Source: an uncultured Spirochaetaceae bacterium (GTDB taxonomy: Bacteria; Spirochaetota; Spirochaetia; Treponematales; Treponemataceae). From it: a stretch of DNA of 64,000 bases. Under the pieces are notes generated by a model. It did not search any database, was not told the origin of the DNA, and saw nothing but the letters and a program-made list of their open reading frames with translations. Position numbers and translations under genes: made by a program. The stretch spans positions 38,024-102,023 of the forward strand of contig CADANN010000001.1 in NCBI GenBank assembly GCA_902789325.1, in the 5' to 3' direction. This document shows positions 10,512-20,939 of the stretch, piece after piece (within the stretch, counting starts at the first letter, position 1; every line of letters begins with the position of its first letter).

Positions 10512-11687
10512 TTAGAATTCGCCCTCTTCTACATGACCAAACTCGCATAATACTTTTGCAAGAGTTGCGTGTTCAATCTGTTCGAGAGTATTTCCAATAT
10601 GACGATAGAGTTTTATTTCTCCAGTTCCGGTTCCTCCTTCGAGGAGATTAAGAACCTTTCGCTGGCCTTCTGCTAATTCAAGTGTGCGGTTATTAAGTTC
10701 ACGGATTTTACAGAAAATATCAATATCAATTACCCAGAGTTTGCTGTTAAGACTTACTGACCAGTGCAAAAGATTTTCTTCAGGATTCTCTGCTTCCGGC
10801 ATTTGAGAACAATCCCAGACTACAGAGAACTGGCGCTTTGAACCGTCGGCACAAAGTTCAATATCAATATCTTCAAATTTTCCGATGAATGAAACGCGAT
10901 CATCAAAAATACCAGTGATTGCAAAAGAAGAATCTAAGAGAGTTTTTCCTGAAATTACGCTTGTACAGGTTCCTGCAGAAACATGGAAATAAGGTTCCGG
11001 CATTGATTTTCCCCAGAAACGGTCTGTATAACCACGGCAACGGCGTGGATCAACTGCATAATCATTTCCATCAAAATGAATTGTACCAGAAAAAACAGTC
11101 TGCAAACCAAATGGGAACCATCTGAAGAGATCAGACTTAAAGCCTGTCTTATAATCTTTTTTTATGGTATAAGAAAGCTCCCATTTTGCATAACCTGAAT
11201 CACAAAGATATTCAGGATGAGCAGCACGGTCTTCTTCTGAAACATTCAGGAAGCCGCCGATTTTATTTTCATTAAAATATTTATTGTCTACGATGATTTC
11301 GAAAGGCTTGTTGTTGAACTTTACAGCCTTTACAGGATAGTAACCACAAAGCTGTTTTCCATCTGTTCCAAAAGCACCAACTCTGATTGCACAATAAGAA
11401 GGCTGAATAATATCTTCTGTACTCAAGGATTTTGCTGAATCAGTTCCTGCAAGCGCATACTGCAAATCTTCTGCAGAGATTTTTACACGTGGTTTAAAGC
11501 CAAGAAGCACTTCCTCCTGAGAATTCCAGGGATTGAGCATTTCGAATTCGATATAAAACATCTGTTCGGAACCGGTAACTGTATTTATAGCGTTAAAAAC
11601 AAAACGCCAGCAGTTTATGCCGAGCTTTTTTTTGGCTCCGTTCATTCCGAACTTATAATCATTAGATATCTTTGTACTTGACTTCAT
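10512..11687 (-). CDS. hypothetical protein (family not recognised with certainty)
   Basis: 391-aa ORF with good coding appearance. Only a vague resemblance to tocopherol-cyclase/CrtC-like beta proteins, which I cannot confirm. Confidence 0.4.
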   Translation of the reverse strand: MKSSTKISNDYKFGMNGAKKKLGINCWRFVFNAINTVTGSEQMFYIEFEMLNPWNSQEEVLLGFKPRVKISAEDLQYALAGTDSAKSLSTEDIIQPSYCAIRVGAFGTDGKQLCGYYPVKAVKFNNKPFEIIVDNKYFNENKIGGFLNVSEEDRAAHPEYLCDSGYAKWELSYTIKKDYKTGFKSDLFRWFPFGLQTVFSGTIHFDGNDYAVDPRRCRGYTDRFWGKSMPEPYFHVSAGTCTSVISGKTLLDSSFAITGIFDDRVSFIGKFEDIDIELCADGSKRQFSVVWDCSQMPEAENPEENLLHWSVSLNSKLWVIDIDIFCKIRELNNRTLELAEGQRKVLNLLEGGTGTGEIKLYRHIGNTLEQIEHATLAKVLCEFGHVEEGEF

Positions 11688-11842
11688 GTTTAAAAACCTT
11701 TCGACGAGTCTATATTATATTTTCGACATTTTGTAATAAAAGTTAATAAAAAAAAGCCGTCTGAAACCACATTAGTTCCAACGACAGCCTTTTTTATATT
11801 GAATCAAATACTTTTTAGCTATAATTTTGTGAAAGAACAGAA

Positions 11843-12061
11843 TTACTTAAAGAGTTTATCGATAGTCTTATCGAGCTCTTTCTGCTCCTCAGGAAAATTG
11901 TCGTTCAAGTACTCAAAGCACTCTACGGCAGCACGCTGAGCATGCTCATACCAGATTTCATAAAGTTCGCTTTTAAGTTCTCCGCCTGGGAAAGGAGCTC
12001 CCTGAACATCAGAAACTAAATCACGCAGCATCTTTATGCACTGTTTTGTTCTCTTATCCAT
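11843..12061 (-). CDS. small helical hypothetical protein
   Basis: 72-aa ORF at the end of the minus-strand operon. No motif recognised. Confidence 0.4.
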   Translation of the reverse strand: MDKRTKQCIKMLRDLVSDVQGAPFPGGELKSELYEIWYEHAQRAAVECFEYLNDNFPEEQKELDKTIDKLFK

Positions 12062-12102
12062 AAACTGTTTCTCCTTTCATATTATGGAATCAATTTAATT
12101 AA

Positions 12103-15100
12103 TTATAGCGGAAGTTTTATTATTTTTCCAGCAAATTCCTCTGATTTATCAGATTTATTACTGAACACAGCCTTTGAGCATTTTTTTACAGAAGCTTCAT
12201 AAAGCCTGTCTGCAGCCTTTTCTACATCATCTTCTGTAACTTCGAGAATATTATCTACCCTTTTCTGCTTAAAATCCTGTGGATTTGCGTAGAGCATTCC
12301 TTCAAAACTGCGGGCTCCGCGGTCTTTTGGACAAGCTGGAACAATTGCATTTCCGTATGAAGCAACGATTGTTTTTTCAACTTCTTCTTTAGGAATTGGA
12401 GTGCTGCATAATTCTTTAAGTGAATCAAGATATACTTTGATAGACTTAAATGGTGTTGGGTCACGATAAGTTGTCATTACAACTGATTTTTCAATACTGT
12501 CAACCCAGCAGTTAGCACCATATGCTCCGCCAGTTGTTCTGATTTTATCCCACAAGGTATGACTTGAAATCCAGGCTGTGAAAATATTCTCTGCAGCGGA
12601 TTCTTTTGTAAGATACTCAGAAGACGGAGTTATAGTGGCAGCATAACCAGTCTGTCCGGAAACCTTAATAAACTGAAGTTCAGCTGAAGCTGCATCATCT
12701 GCCTGCCAGATATAAGGCTTAAGTTCATCCATTGTATAATTATGAATTGGAAGAAGTTTTGTAATTCCAGTTTTTTGTGCAAAATTCTGGAGAAGAGGAC
12801 GGATTTTCTTGAGAGATTCCTCATCTGCGGTAATATGAATGATTCCGCCTGCTTTTATACACTCGCTGTACATATATGCAAAGGTCTTAAGAAGATTTTT
12901 TGCATCATGCTTTTTATAATTTGAAACAGTATGAAGCTGACTCACACCCCACATGATTTCATTGAGAGCAAGTGTCGGACTCCACATTGAGCGGGCTCGC
13001 TTCTGGGCATAATCGCGGCCATTTGAAATAAGGCTGTTTTTCTTTTCTGCTTTAAGCTCACCTATAAGAGTTTCAAGATGCTTATGATCATCAAAATCCA
13101 TAGTGGTGATGATTTCTGCAAGCATATTCAAAGCTTCTTCTGCCTTTTCGCTGAGAGCCTTACAGATCAAGCCAATCCAGTTACGGCCACAGAAGTTGTA
13201 GTCTTTATATTTTGCAGCTTCTGCAAGACATTCAGGTGCATCAGGAATTGAACCGCAAAGAGTTCTTCCCCATATATCTCCCATTATGCATGAAGATTCT
13301 GCCGTACAACGATCCCAGCCCTTACCATTCCAGCCAAGATTTGTAATTACATCTGCAAGGAATGGAACATGCTGTAAATATTCCGGCGCAAGATTATCAA
13401 AGGGGAACAAGACATCAATATAGAAAATTCCGTTTGTATCTTCCTTGCTGACAAATAGCGGGATTTCAGAATTGTCGGCCCCTTTTACAAACTCAAGGCT
13501 TGTATGAGGAATGTCGATTTTTCTGTCGAGTTCGCTGATTTTTGTTGTAGGAATACATGCAGTTTCTTCTGCAGTTTCGATATGCTGCTGATATGTGTGA
13601 AGTTCGTCAAGCTCTTTTTTTAGCTGCTCGCGGTCTATATCTTTTCCGAGTTTTTCTATAAGGGCAGCTTCTGCTTCTTCGCGTTCCTTAAAATATTTAT
13701 CAGAAGGTTCTGATATAAAACGTACCTTAACAGCATCAGGGTCAAGGAAATATTTTTTGATAAGTTTTTTAGTATAATCCGGATCTTCACGAAGAGCCTT
13801 TTTTACCTTTTCAAATGAAGTAATAGGACTAAGCTGACTTGCACAGGAATCCCCATTGCACCAGCCTTTAAGAGCTTTTTCCATGAGCTGAATTGAGAAT
13901 GGTCCCCAGTAACGATTTACCTCGCGGAGTGCAAAATCAATTCCCATAACTGCAGAATCGATATCTTCCTGAGAAACTCCATTTTCATAGATATCATTGA
14001 GAGTTTTTTCTACAAGGTCGAATACCTTTTCTTCATCACCTTTTTGAACACCCCAGAGACCTGCTGTATAGAACTCTTCCTTGAACTGGCCGAAGCTCTG
14101 GAACTGAACATCATCTCCAAGTTTTGAATCTTTGAGAGCACGAGCAATAGGAGAACTGTCGTTTCCACAAAGAGCCTCACTCAAAAAGTATTTTTCCATA
14201 TCAGCTTTACCTGCATACCAGTTGAGGGTAACAAGGCTTCCGGTTGAGCCGGTTTCAGGTGCATAAGTTTTTATTTCAGTTGATTCTTTTAAGAACTCAA
14301 GTTTCTGAAGTTCGCGGACTTCATCTTTAATAAGAGGAGTTTTTGAAGTTGTATCAATATTGCTGATTACTCCACCTTCGCGACAGTCATATTTTTTTAC
14401 AAGCCGGCTGATAAATCTTTCATCAATAAAATCGAGCTGCTGATCTGTTGGAATATCCCCATAAAGGAAAAGAAGACAGTTATCTGGGCTATAGAACTTC
14501 TGATGAAAATCGAGGAAGTCCTGATATGTAAGTTCAGGAATATGAAGCGGATCTCCACCTGAATCAAAAGCAGGATAGCTGTTCGGGAACATTGCACCTA
14601 TAAGGTCGCTGAAGGCAATTGGCTGGAAAGAAGAATAATTTCCCTTCATCTCGTTGTAAACAACGCCCTGGATGCTGAGTTTTCCGTTTTCATCCATTTC
14701 TACACGATGACCTTCCTGAGTAAAGGTTTCGCGGTCAAGTTTTGGGAAGAAAACAGCATCGCCGTAAACGTCCATCATATTAAAGTAGTCTGCACGAACA
14801 ACAGATGCTCCAGGATAAACTGTTTTATCCGGATAAGTGAATGCATTCAAAAAAGTATTAAGACTTGTTGAAGCAAGTGTAATGAACGGCTCCTTGAGCG
14901 GATATTTTTCACTGCCGCAGAGAACCGAATGCTCCATAATGTGAGCTACACCACGCGAAGTTTTATCGAGAGTGCGGAAAGCGTAGGCAAAGAGATTTTC
15001 CTTGTCGTCTTTGATGATGTGGTAAACTTCGAGTCCAGTTATTTTGTGGCGAAGGTAAACACCTTTTGCCTTGTAATCTTTTAACTCATCAATTGAAAGT

Positions 15101-15156
15101 AAAACAAAATCCTTATAACTTTTTCCAATATTTGTTGTGTCTGTAAAATTAAACAT
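12103..15156 (-). CDS. M16C (PreP/insulinase-like) zinc metallopeptidase
   Basis: 1017 aa with the inverted zinc motif HIMEHSVLCGS (HxxEH). Confidence 0.9.
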   Translation of the reverse strand: MFNFTDTTNIGKSYKDFVLLSIDELKDYKAKGVYLRHKITGLEVYHIIKDDKENLFAYAFRTLDKTSRGVAHIMEHSVLCGSEKYPLKEPFITLASTSLNTFLNAFTYPDKTVYPGASVVRADYFNMMDVYGDAVFFPKLDRETFTQEGHRVEMDENGKLSIQGVVYNEMKGNYSSFQPIAFSDLIGAMFPNSYPAFDSGGDPLHIPELTYQDFLDFHQKFYSPDNCLLFLYGDIPTDQQLDFIDERFISRLVKKYDCREGGVISNIDTTSKTPLIKDEVRELQKLEFLKESTEIKTYAPETGSTGSLVTLNWYAGKADMEKYFLSEALCGNDSSPIARALKDSKLGDDVQFQSFGQFKEEFYTAGLWGVQKGDEEKVFDLVEKTLNDIYENGVSQEDIDSAVMGIDFALREVNRYWGPFSIQLMEKALKGWCNGDSCASQLSPITSFEKVKKALREDPDYTKKLIKKYFLDPDAVKVRFISEPSDKYFKEREEAEAALIEKLGKDIDREQLKKELDELHTYQQHIETAEETACIPTTKISELDRKIDIPHTSLEFVKGADNSEIPLFVSKEDTNGIFYIDVLFPFDNLAPEYLQHVPFLADVITNLGWNGKGWDRCTAESSCIMGDIWGRTLCGSIPDAPECLAEAAKYKDYNFCGRNWIGLICKALSEKAEEALNMLAEIITTMDFDDHKHLETLIGELKAEKKNSLISNGRDYAQKRARSMWSPTLALNEIMWGVSQLHTVSNYKKHDAKNLLKTFAYMYSECIKAGGIIHITADEESLKKIRPLLQNFAQKTGITKLLPIHNYTMDELKPYIWQADDAASAELQFIKVSGQTGYAATITPSSEYLTKESAAENIFTAWISSHTLWDKIRTTGGAYGANCWVDSIEKSVVMTTYRDPTPFKSIKVYLDSLKELCSTPIPKEEVEKTIVASYGNAIVPACPKDRGARSFEGMLYANPQDFKQKRVDNILEVTEDDVEKAADRLYEASVKKCSKAVFSNKSDKSEEFAGKIIKLPL

Positions 15157-16345
15157 AAACGTCGTCGTTCCTGTCTTGTATAATTAAGTGTCCCTCTTCG
15201 TATGCGCGTCGGAGTTTGCTGAAGAACTCGGACGTTATGCGCTCGCAGTCTGAGCGGCGCATTGGTTTTAAGATGTCTTCCTGTGCGCGAACTTCAGCGC
15301 GGCGGCCAGCAGAAATGTTGCTTAAGATTTTTTCGCGGAAATCATCAGGCTTAGCTGCAATAAGGAAGGCAATATCTACCTCTGTCATTTCGCGAAGTTT
15401 TTCCTGAACAAAACGATCGTCGGATTTTACAACATCGTCCATTGTAAAAAGACGACTGCGCAGGTCCTGTCCCAAATCTGGATCATCTTCGCTAAGGTAG
15501 GTAAGAATATCATTTTCGGCCCCGACATCCATCTTCTTAAGAATCTGGGCAAGTGCGTTGCGGCCATCAATATTTTCAGCTTTTTCAACAGTTTGATTAA
15601 GAGATTTTTCGTGCATAGCCTGATCTACACGGCGAAGTACATCCGGGCTGACAGGCTCCATTTTTGCAAGACGCATTACAACTTCCTTTTTTTCTTCGGG
15701 AGTCATAAGGTTAATGATTTTTGCAGATTTTTTTGGATCAAGATGAGAAAGTACCATGCACTGAACACCAGGATTTTCATCTTTGATTAAAAGATAGATT
15801 CGTTCATTGTCTGCGTCGCGAAGATAGTTGAAAGGAACCTTACCTTCAAGCGGCATAGCTCTTTTCAAAAGCTCGTCCGCACGTTTTTTACCGTAAGCCT
15901 TTTCGAGCATTTCGCGGGCAGTTTCAACACCGCCCTCCTCGCGCGCCTTATTCAAGAGGCCGTTAAATTCTTCAAGAATTACAGCCGCTTCTTCCTTGCT
16001 TACAGTACGGATAGAAGCAATTTCCGGAATTATTTTTTCAATCTGAGTTTCTGCAAGATGCGGAAGAATCTTAGCCGCTTCATCTTCGCCGATTAAAAGA
16101 AGAAACTTTGCAACACGTCGGTAAACAGAATCTTTTCCATCGGGAGTTGTCTGTTCAACAGGAACTTTAAGAAGTCCGCCTGTTTTCAAAAACGAAACAG
16201 ACTCTTCGAGTTCCTGAGATGAAGAAGGCTTATTTTGTGTAAGATCTTTTGCCTTTATATCTTCAGCGTTGTCTGCGGTGCTGTCATTTTTATTATTTGT
16301 TTTTCCAACACCGTAGGCTTTAGCACGGAAATCATTTTTATTCAT
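15149..16345 (-). CDS. fliG: FliG-family flagellar switch paralogue with ~60-aa N-terminal extension (FliG1-like)
   Basis: 398 aa with FliG middle and C-terminal domains. It overlaps the M16 start by 8 nt and lies outside any flagellar operon. Confidence 0.8.
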   Translation of the reverse strand: MNKNDFRAKAYGVGKTNNKNDSTADNAEDIKAKDLTQNKPSSSQELEESVSFLKTGGLLKVPVEQTTPDGKDSVYRRVAKFLLLIGEDEAAKILPHLAETQIEKIIPEIASIRTVSKEEAAVILEEFNGLLNKAREEGGVETAREMLEKAYGKKRADELLKRAMPLEGKVPFNYLRDADNERIYLLIKDENPGVQCMVLSHLDPKKSAKIINLMTPEEKKEVVMRLAKMEPVSPDVLRRVDQAMHEKSLNQTVEKAENIDGRNALAQILKKMDVGAENDILTYLSEDDPDLGQDLRSRLFTMDDVVKSDDRFVQEKLREMTEVDIAFLIAAKPDDFREKILSNISAGRRAEVRAQEDILKPMRRSDCERITSEFFSKLRRAYEEGHLIIQDRNDDVYV

Positions 16346-16372
16346 ATAATGATTTTATCATTTAGAAGTGAT

Positions 16373-18139
16373 TTACGCAAACACTCCCTGTACCATTTTC
16401 GCATAATGACCGCCAAGCTTTATCAACTCATCGTGGTTGCCGCGCTCAACAATCTCACCGTGGTCAACAAAGAAAATCACGTCGGCATTGCGGATGGTAG
16501 AAAGGCGGTGCGCAATAATAAAGCTTGTGCGCCCCTTCAAAAGTTCCCCAAGTCCCTGTTGAAGCGCTTTTTCAGTATGAGTGTCGACAGACGAAGTTGC
16601 TTCATCAAGAATCAAAATACGAGGATCGCTAAGCAGAACGCGTGCAAAACTTATCAGCTGTTTTTGTCCCTGACTCAAACCACCACCGTTTGCGCTAAGA
16701 ACCTTGTTGTACCCTTCCGGGAAAGCCGAAATAAATTCGTGAGCCTGTACTGCCTTGGCAGCTGCCATACACTCTTCGTCAGTGGCATCAAGTCTTCCGT
16801 AGCGGATGTTTTCCATAATGGTTCCGCTGAAAAGGAAGCTGTCCTGAAGCATTACACCAACCTGCTTACGGATAGATTTAATCTGGAGTTCCTGAATATC
16901 GATTCCATCTATCAAAATCTTACCCTTTTCTGCATTATAGAAACGGCTCAAAAGATTTACGATAGTTGTTTTTCCAGCCCCTGTTGGACCAACGATTGCA
17001 ACTGTCATACCAGGAGTAATTGTAAAATCTACATCCTTTAAGATAGGGTTACCCGGCTCATAGCTGAAATCAACATGATCAAACTGAACGTGTCCGCGAA
17101 TTGGAGGAAGTTCGCGTGCACCAGGTTTGTCTGTAATATCATCATTTTCGTCCAGCAATTCAAAAATGCGTTCAATATAAGCGCCGGTTGTTACCATAGA
17201 ATTGTAAAAGTTTCCAAGATTCTGAATTGGCTGCCAGAAACGCCAGATATAACCGGCAAAGGCAACAAGAGTACCAATTGTTACAGTTTCACCAAGCCAA
17301 TTGATACCAGCAAGGTAAACCAGCGTTACACCCAAAGTAGAAAGAATATCTACAGAAGGCCAGATAATATTGTTGATGTTTACGGCATGAATCCAGACCT
17401 TTTTGCACTTGCGGCAAAGTTCGTCAAAGATTCCCTGATTTACTTCTTCACGGGCAAAGCTCTGTGTTACCTTCATTCCATTTAAGCTTTCAGAAAGATA
17501 AGCTGTAAGATTTGAACGTTTGTAGCTTTCCTGCTTCCAGGCTTCGTGCTGCTTTTTCTTCATTGAAAAAAGAATGATAAAAAGAACCGGCAGTACAGCC
17601 ATACAAACTAACGTTAGTTTTACATCAATTGCAATCATAAAACCGATGATTACAAGCAAAGTAAACAAATCTGAAATCAGCTGAATGATTCCGTTAGAAA
17701 GCAAATCTGAAAGCGAGTTTACATAGTTTACAACGCGGATAAGAATCTTTCCGTGCGGACGGCTGTCAAAGTAACTGAACGGCAGTGACTGCAATTTTGT
17801 AAATACATCGCGACGAATGTTTACAATAATCTTTTGCGCTACGCGAGTCATAATTTTTAGTTTTTCTGCAAGAAGAATTCTTACAAAAAAGGTTGAAAAA
17901 AGCAGTATCGCAGAAATTATAACTAACAAACGATAGTTAGCCGTTGGAATTGCCTTATCAATTGCCATACGTGTTAAGTATGGACTACAAAGAGAGATTG
18001 CAGAAGACACCAGCATAATTACACAAGAAAGCACCATCCAGGCAGTGTAAGGCTTAATCCATTTTGAAAGTCTCATTACAACATGAGGATTAAATTTCTG
18101 TTCTATTTCTTCATCAGTATCAAATCTATTTCTTGCCAT
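16373..18139 (-). CDS. ABC exporter, fused permease/ATPase (heterodimer partner B)
   Basis: Six-TM domain, Walker A GPTGAGKTT, signature LSQGQKQ and Walker B ILILDEATS. Confidence 0.92.
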   Translation of the reverse strand: MARNRFDTDEEIEQKFNPHVVMRLSKWIKPYTAWMVLSCVIMLVSSAISLCSPYLTRMAIDKAIPTANYRLLVIISAILLFSTFFVRILLAEKLKIMTRVAQKIIVNIRRDVFTKLQSLPFSYFDSRPHGKILIRVVNYVNSLSDLLSNGIIQLISDLFTLLVIIGFMIAIDVKLTLVCMAVLPVLFIILFSMKKKQHEAWKQESYKRSNLTAYLSESLNGMKVTQSFAREEVNQGIFDELCRKCKKVWIHAVNINNIIWPSVDILSTLGVTLVYLAGINWLGETVTIGTLVAFAGYIWRFWQPIQNLGNFYNSMVTTGAYIERIFELLDENDDITDKPGARELPPIRGHVQFDHVDFSYEPGNPILKDVDFTITPGMTVAIVGPTGAGKTTIVNLLSRFYNAEKGKILIDGIDIQELQIKSIRKQVGVMLQDSFLFSGTIMENIRYGRLDATDEECMAAAKAVQAHEFISAFPEGYNKVLSANGGGLSQGQKQLISFARVLLSDPRILILDEATSSVDTHTEKALQQGLGELLKGRTSFIIAHRLSTIRNADVIFFVDHGEIVERGNHDELIKLGGHYAKMVQGVFA

Positions 18140-18141
18140 AA

Positions 18142-19869
18142 TTATCCTCTCTGTTCAAGCCATACTTCGCGATAATAACCGTCGTGGCTGATCAATTCTT
18201 CGTGGCTTCCCTTATCCACAATCTTTCCATCCTGAATAACAAGAATTACATCGCAGTTTTCAAATGATGAAACTCTGTGACTGATGATAAAAGCTGTATG
18301 GCCTTCACTGCGGCTCTTAATTGACTTGCGGATTTTATATTCCGTGTCGTTATCTACAGCACTGGTTGTATCATCAAGAATCATAACTTTAGGATCTGCA
18401 AGGAAAAGGCGCGCAAGGGCAATTCGCTGTTTCTGACCACCACTAAGTCCAACTCCGCGCTCACCTACAATTGTGTCGTAGCCGTCTGTCAGGTCGCCGA
18501 TAAATTCCTTTACTCTGGCCAGTTCAGCCGCAGCTTCTACTTCTTCAAACGAAGCATCTTGTTTTGCAAAGGCAATATTTCCTTCAACTGTATCGCTGAA
18601 CAAAAAGGCTTCCTGCATTGTTATCCCCACATTACGGCGCAGTTCCTGCAGGTTGTAGTCTTTTACATTTTTACCGTCAATCAAAACTTCACCAGAATCT
18701 GCATCGTAGTAGCGGCACATAAGATTTGCAATTGTAGACTTACCGCTTCCGGTAGGTCCAAGAATGCCGACCGTAGTTCCCGGCTCAATTACAAAGCTCA
18801 TATTTCTGATTACAGGAGTTTCGTTATAGGCAAAGGAAACATTACGGAACTCTACTCTACCTTGAATTGAAGTTACATCAGCTGATTCTGATTCTGGATT
18901 CTTTATCTTACTTTCAGCCTTCTGCAATTCAAAAAGTCTGTCTGCAGAAGCCCCGAAATTCTGAGTATTATCAACGAGCATACCAAACATATTGATTGGC
19001 TGAATGAAGGCCCACATCAAACCGTTGAACGTAACCAGCTGACCAATTGTCATTTCTTCCTGAATTACAAGATATCCACCAAACAAAATCAAAATAACAG
19101 GAAGTACCTGGCACAATGCATCGATCCATGGCAAAAACTTTACGCGCATATCAGCATTTGCAACAGAAACATCGCGGTAGCTTTCATTTTCTTTATCGAA
19201 TCTTTCTGTTTCATAACCTTCGCGAACAAAGGCTTTTACAACACGGTTTCCTTCGATATTTTCGCCAACACGGGTATTCAAAACTGCAAACTGGTCACGA
19301 ACCTTCATATGAGCCGGACGAATATGAATCTTAAACTTATGGACAAGAAAAAGAACCGGCGGCGCAATAACCATAAACGCAAGAGTCAATTTCCAGTTGA
19401 TTGAAGCCAGTGTAATGATTGAAAAAATATATATAAGACTGTTCTCAAGAATCTGATACACTACCCAGGCTACAAAGTGACGAACCTTGTCCAGATCAGA
19501 AGTAAGAAGAGTCATAACGTTTCCGCTTGGCGCATTATCATACCAGCTGAAATCAAGCTTTTGAATATGAGCATACAAATCTTCCCTCATCTTCAAAATT
19601 ACATTCTGTGAACAATGCTCAAAAATTACCTGATAGCTATAGCGGAAGATAGATTTACCAACTACAACACAAAGCATGATTGTAATGAGTTTGAATAAAA
19701 GCTCATGCTGCCCGCCCTTAATTACTTTGTCTACGATGTTTCCGGTTACAATCGGATTCACCATATTCATAGCAGCTACACATACGCTTAGAAAAAGTCC
19801 TGCAGCCATTCCAAAACGATAACGGCGTACATAAGACCACACCCATGAAAAAGCAGTCTTTTCTTTCAT
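18142..19869 (-). CDS. ABC exporter, fused permease/ATPase (heterodimer partner A)
   Basis: Walker A GPTGSGKST, signature LSGGQKQR and Walker B MILDDTTS. The start MKEKTAF follows a GAGGA RBS. Confidence 0.92.
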   Translation of the reverse strand: MKEKTAFSWVWSYVRRYRFGMAAGLFLSVCVAAMNMVNPIVTGNIVDKVIKGGQHELLFKLITIMLCVVVGKSIFRYSYQVIFEHCSQNVILKMREDLYAHIQKLDFSWYDNAPSGNVMTLLTSDLDKVRHFVAWVVYQILENSLIYIFSIITLASINWKLTLAFMVIAPPVLFLVHKFKIHIRPAHMKVRDQFAVLNTRVGENIEGNRVVKAFVREGYETERFDKENESYRDVSVANADMRVKFLPWIDALCQVLPVILILFGGYLVIQEEMTIGQLVTFNGLMWAFIQPINMFGMLVDNTQNFGASADRLFELQKAESKIKNPESESADVTSIQGRVEFRNVSFAYNETPVIRNMSFVIEPGTTVGILGPTGSGKSTIANLMCRYYDADSGEVLIDGKNVKDYNLQELRRNVGITMQEAFLFSDTVEGNIAFAKQDASFEEVEAAAELARVKEFIGDLTDGYDTIVGERGVGLSGGQKQRIALARLFLADPKVMILDDTTSAVDNDTEYKIRKSIKSRSEGHTAFIISHRVSSFENCDVILVIQDGKIVDKGSHEELISHDGYYREVWLEQRG

Positions 19870-19994
19870 CAATAATCCTCGAAATGTAAAAAAATTGAAC
19901 ATTTCTTTATAAGTAATTTTACTCTAGCATTACTTTTATTTCCGTGGTATAAGAAAAGGTGTAAATTATTGTACATTTCTCTACGGGAGATATT

Positions 19995-20867
19995 ATGGAC
20001 GATCTTTTTGAAGAAAGCGACAGCCTCAATGCACCTTTTCAGGCCTTTTCGGGCGACTGGAAATATGTAAAACCTCACTGGCATTATTTTACAGAAATGG
20101 TATATCTGGTTAGCGGTGTTCTATATGCTGAAGTAGACGGAAAGCAATTTACCATGAATCCGGGCGATATGATTATCTTCCATCCGAAACAGATTCATGC
20201 CTTTCTGGATTATCCTGTAAAGGAAGAATATCCCGACAAGCCATTTTTCTATGTAATCAAATTTGATGACATGATTCTCTCAAATACCACTCCGGGTTCT
20301 CCAAAGCTGCCAAAGCTTCTCGACAAAGCTAATTCTGATGCCGGAGCAACAAATCTTCTTACGGCACGCGATTTGCGTTTTAATCCTGTAAAAATGTATT
20401 TTGAATACTGTATGTGGGAAACAAAAAACCGTCAGTTCGGCTACGATATTAAGGTTGCTTCAATGATAAGCCTTATTATTACCGAGATTATAAGAATCTG
20501 GCTGCGTCACGGCTTTCAGTTTTCTACAAAAACAACTTTTGATCAGTTTTCTACAAAGGATTTTTCTGTACTCGAATATATTGATAAACACTCTTCAGAA
20601 AATATCAGCGTAGAAGATCTGGCTTCGAAATGCGGAATGTGCTATTCAAATTTCGCAAAGCAGTTTAAAGCTCAGTTTGGAAAAACCTGTAAGGAATACA
20701 TTGAATTCATAAGAATCTGTAAAGCAGACACTCTCCTGCTCTACACCGACAAAACCCTCGACTACATCAGCCAGGAAACAGGCTTTACAGATGCCAGTCA
20801 CTTTATCCGCACTTACAAAAAAGTCAGAGGAATAACTCCTAAACAAAGAAGAAATTCACAGATATAA
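19995..20867 (+). CDS. AraC-family transcriptional regulator with N-terminal cupin
   Basis: Cupin-like N-terminal half and a C-terminal double HTH (ISQETGFTDASHFIRTYKK). Confidence 0.9.
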   Translation: MDDLFEESDSLNAPFQAFSGDWKYVKPHWHYFTEMVYLVSGVLYAEVDGKQFTMNPGDMIIFHPKQIHAFLDYPVKEEYPDKPFFYVIKFDDMILSNTTPGSPKLPKLLDKANSDAGATNLLTARDLRFNPVKMYFEYCMWETKNRQFGYDIKVASMISLIITEIIRIWLRHGFQFSTKTTFDQFSTKDFSVLEYIDKHSSENISVEDLASKCGMCYSNFAKQFKAQFGKTCKEYIEFIRICKADTLLLYTDKTLDYISQETGFTDASHFIRTYKKVRGITPKQRRNSQI

Positions 20868-20873
20868 AAAAAA

Positions 20874-20907
20874 GGCAGGCATCCAACAAGAGAAATGAAT
20901 GCCTGCC
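20874..20907. terminator. bidirectional terminator between convergent genes
   Basis: GGCAGGCAT...ATGCCTGCC, flanked by an A-run on one side and a weak T-run on the other. Confidence 0.65.
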
Positions 20908-20939
20908 TGAAATCAGTTTATAAAATGGAGTGTTTTTAT

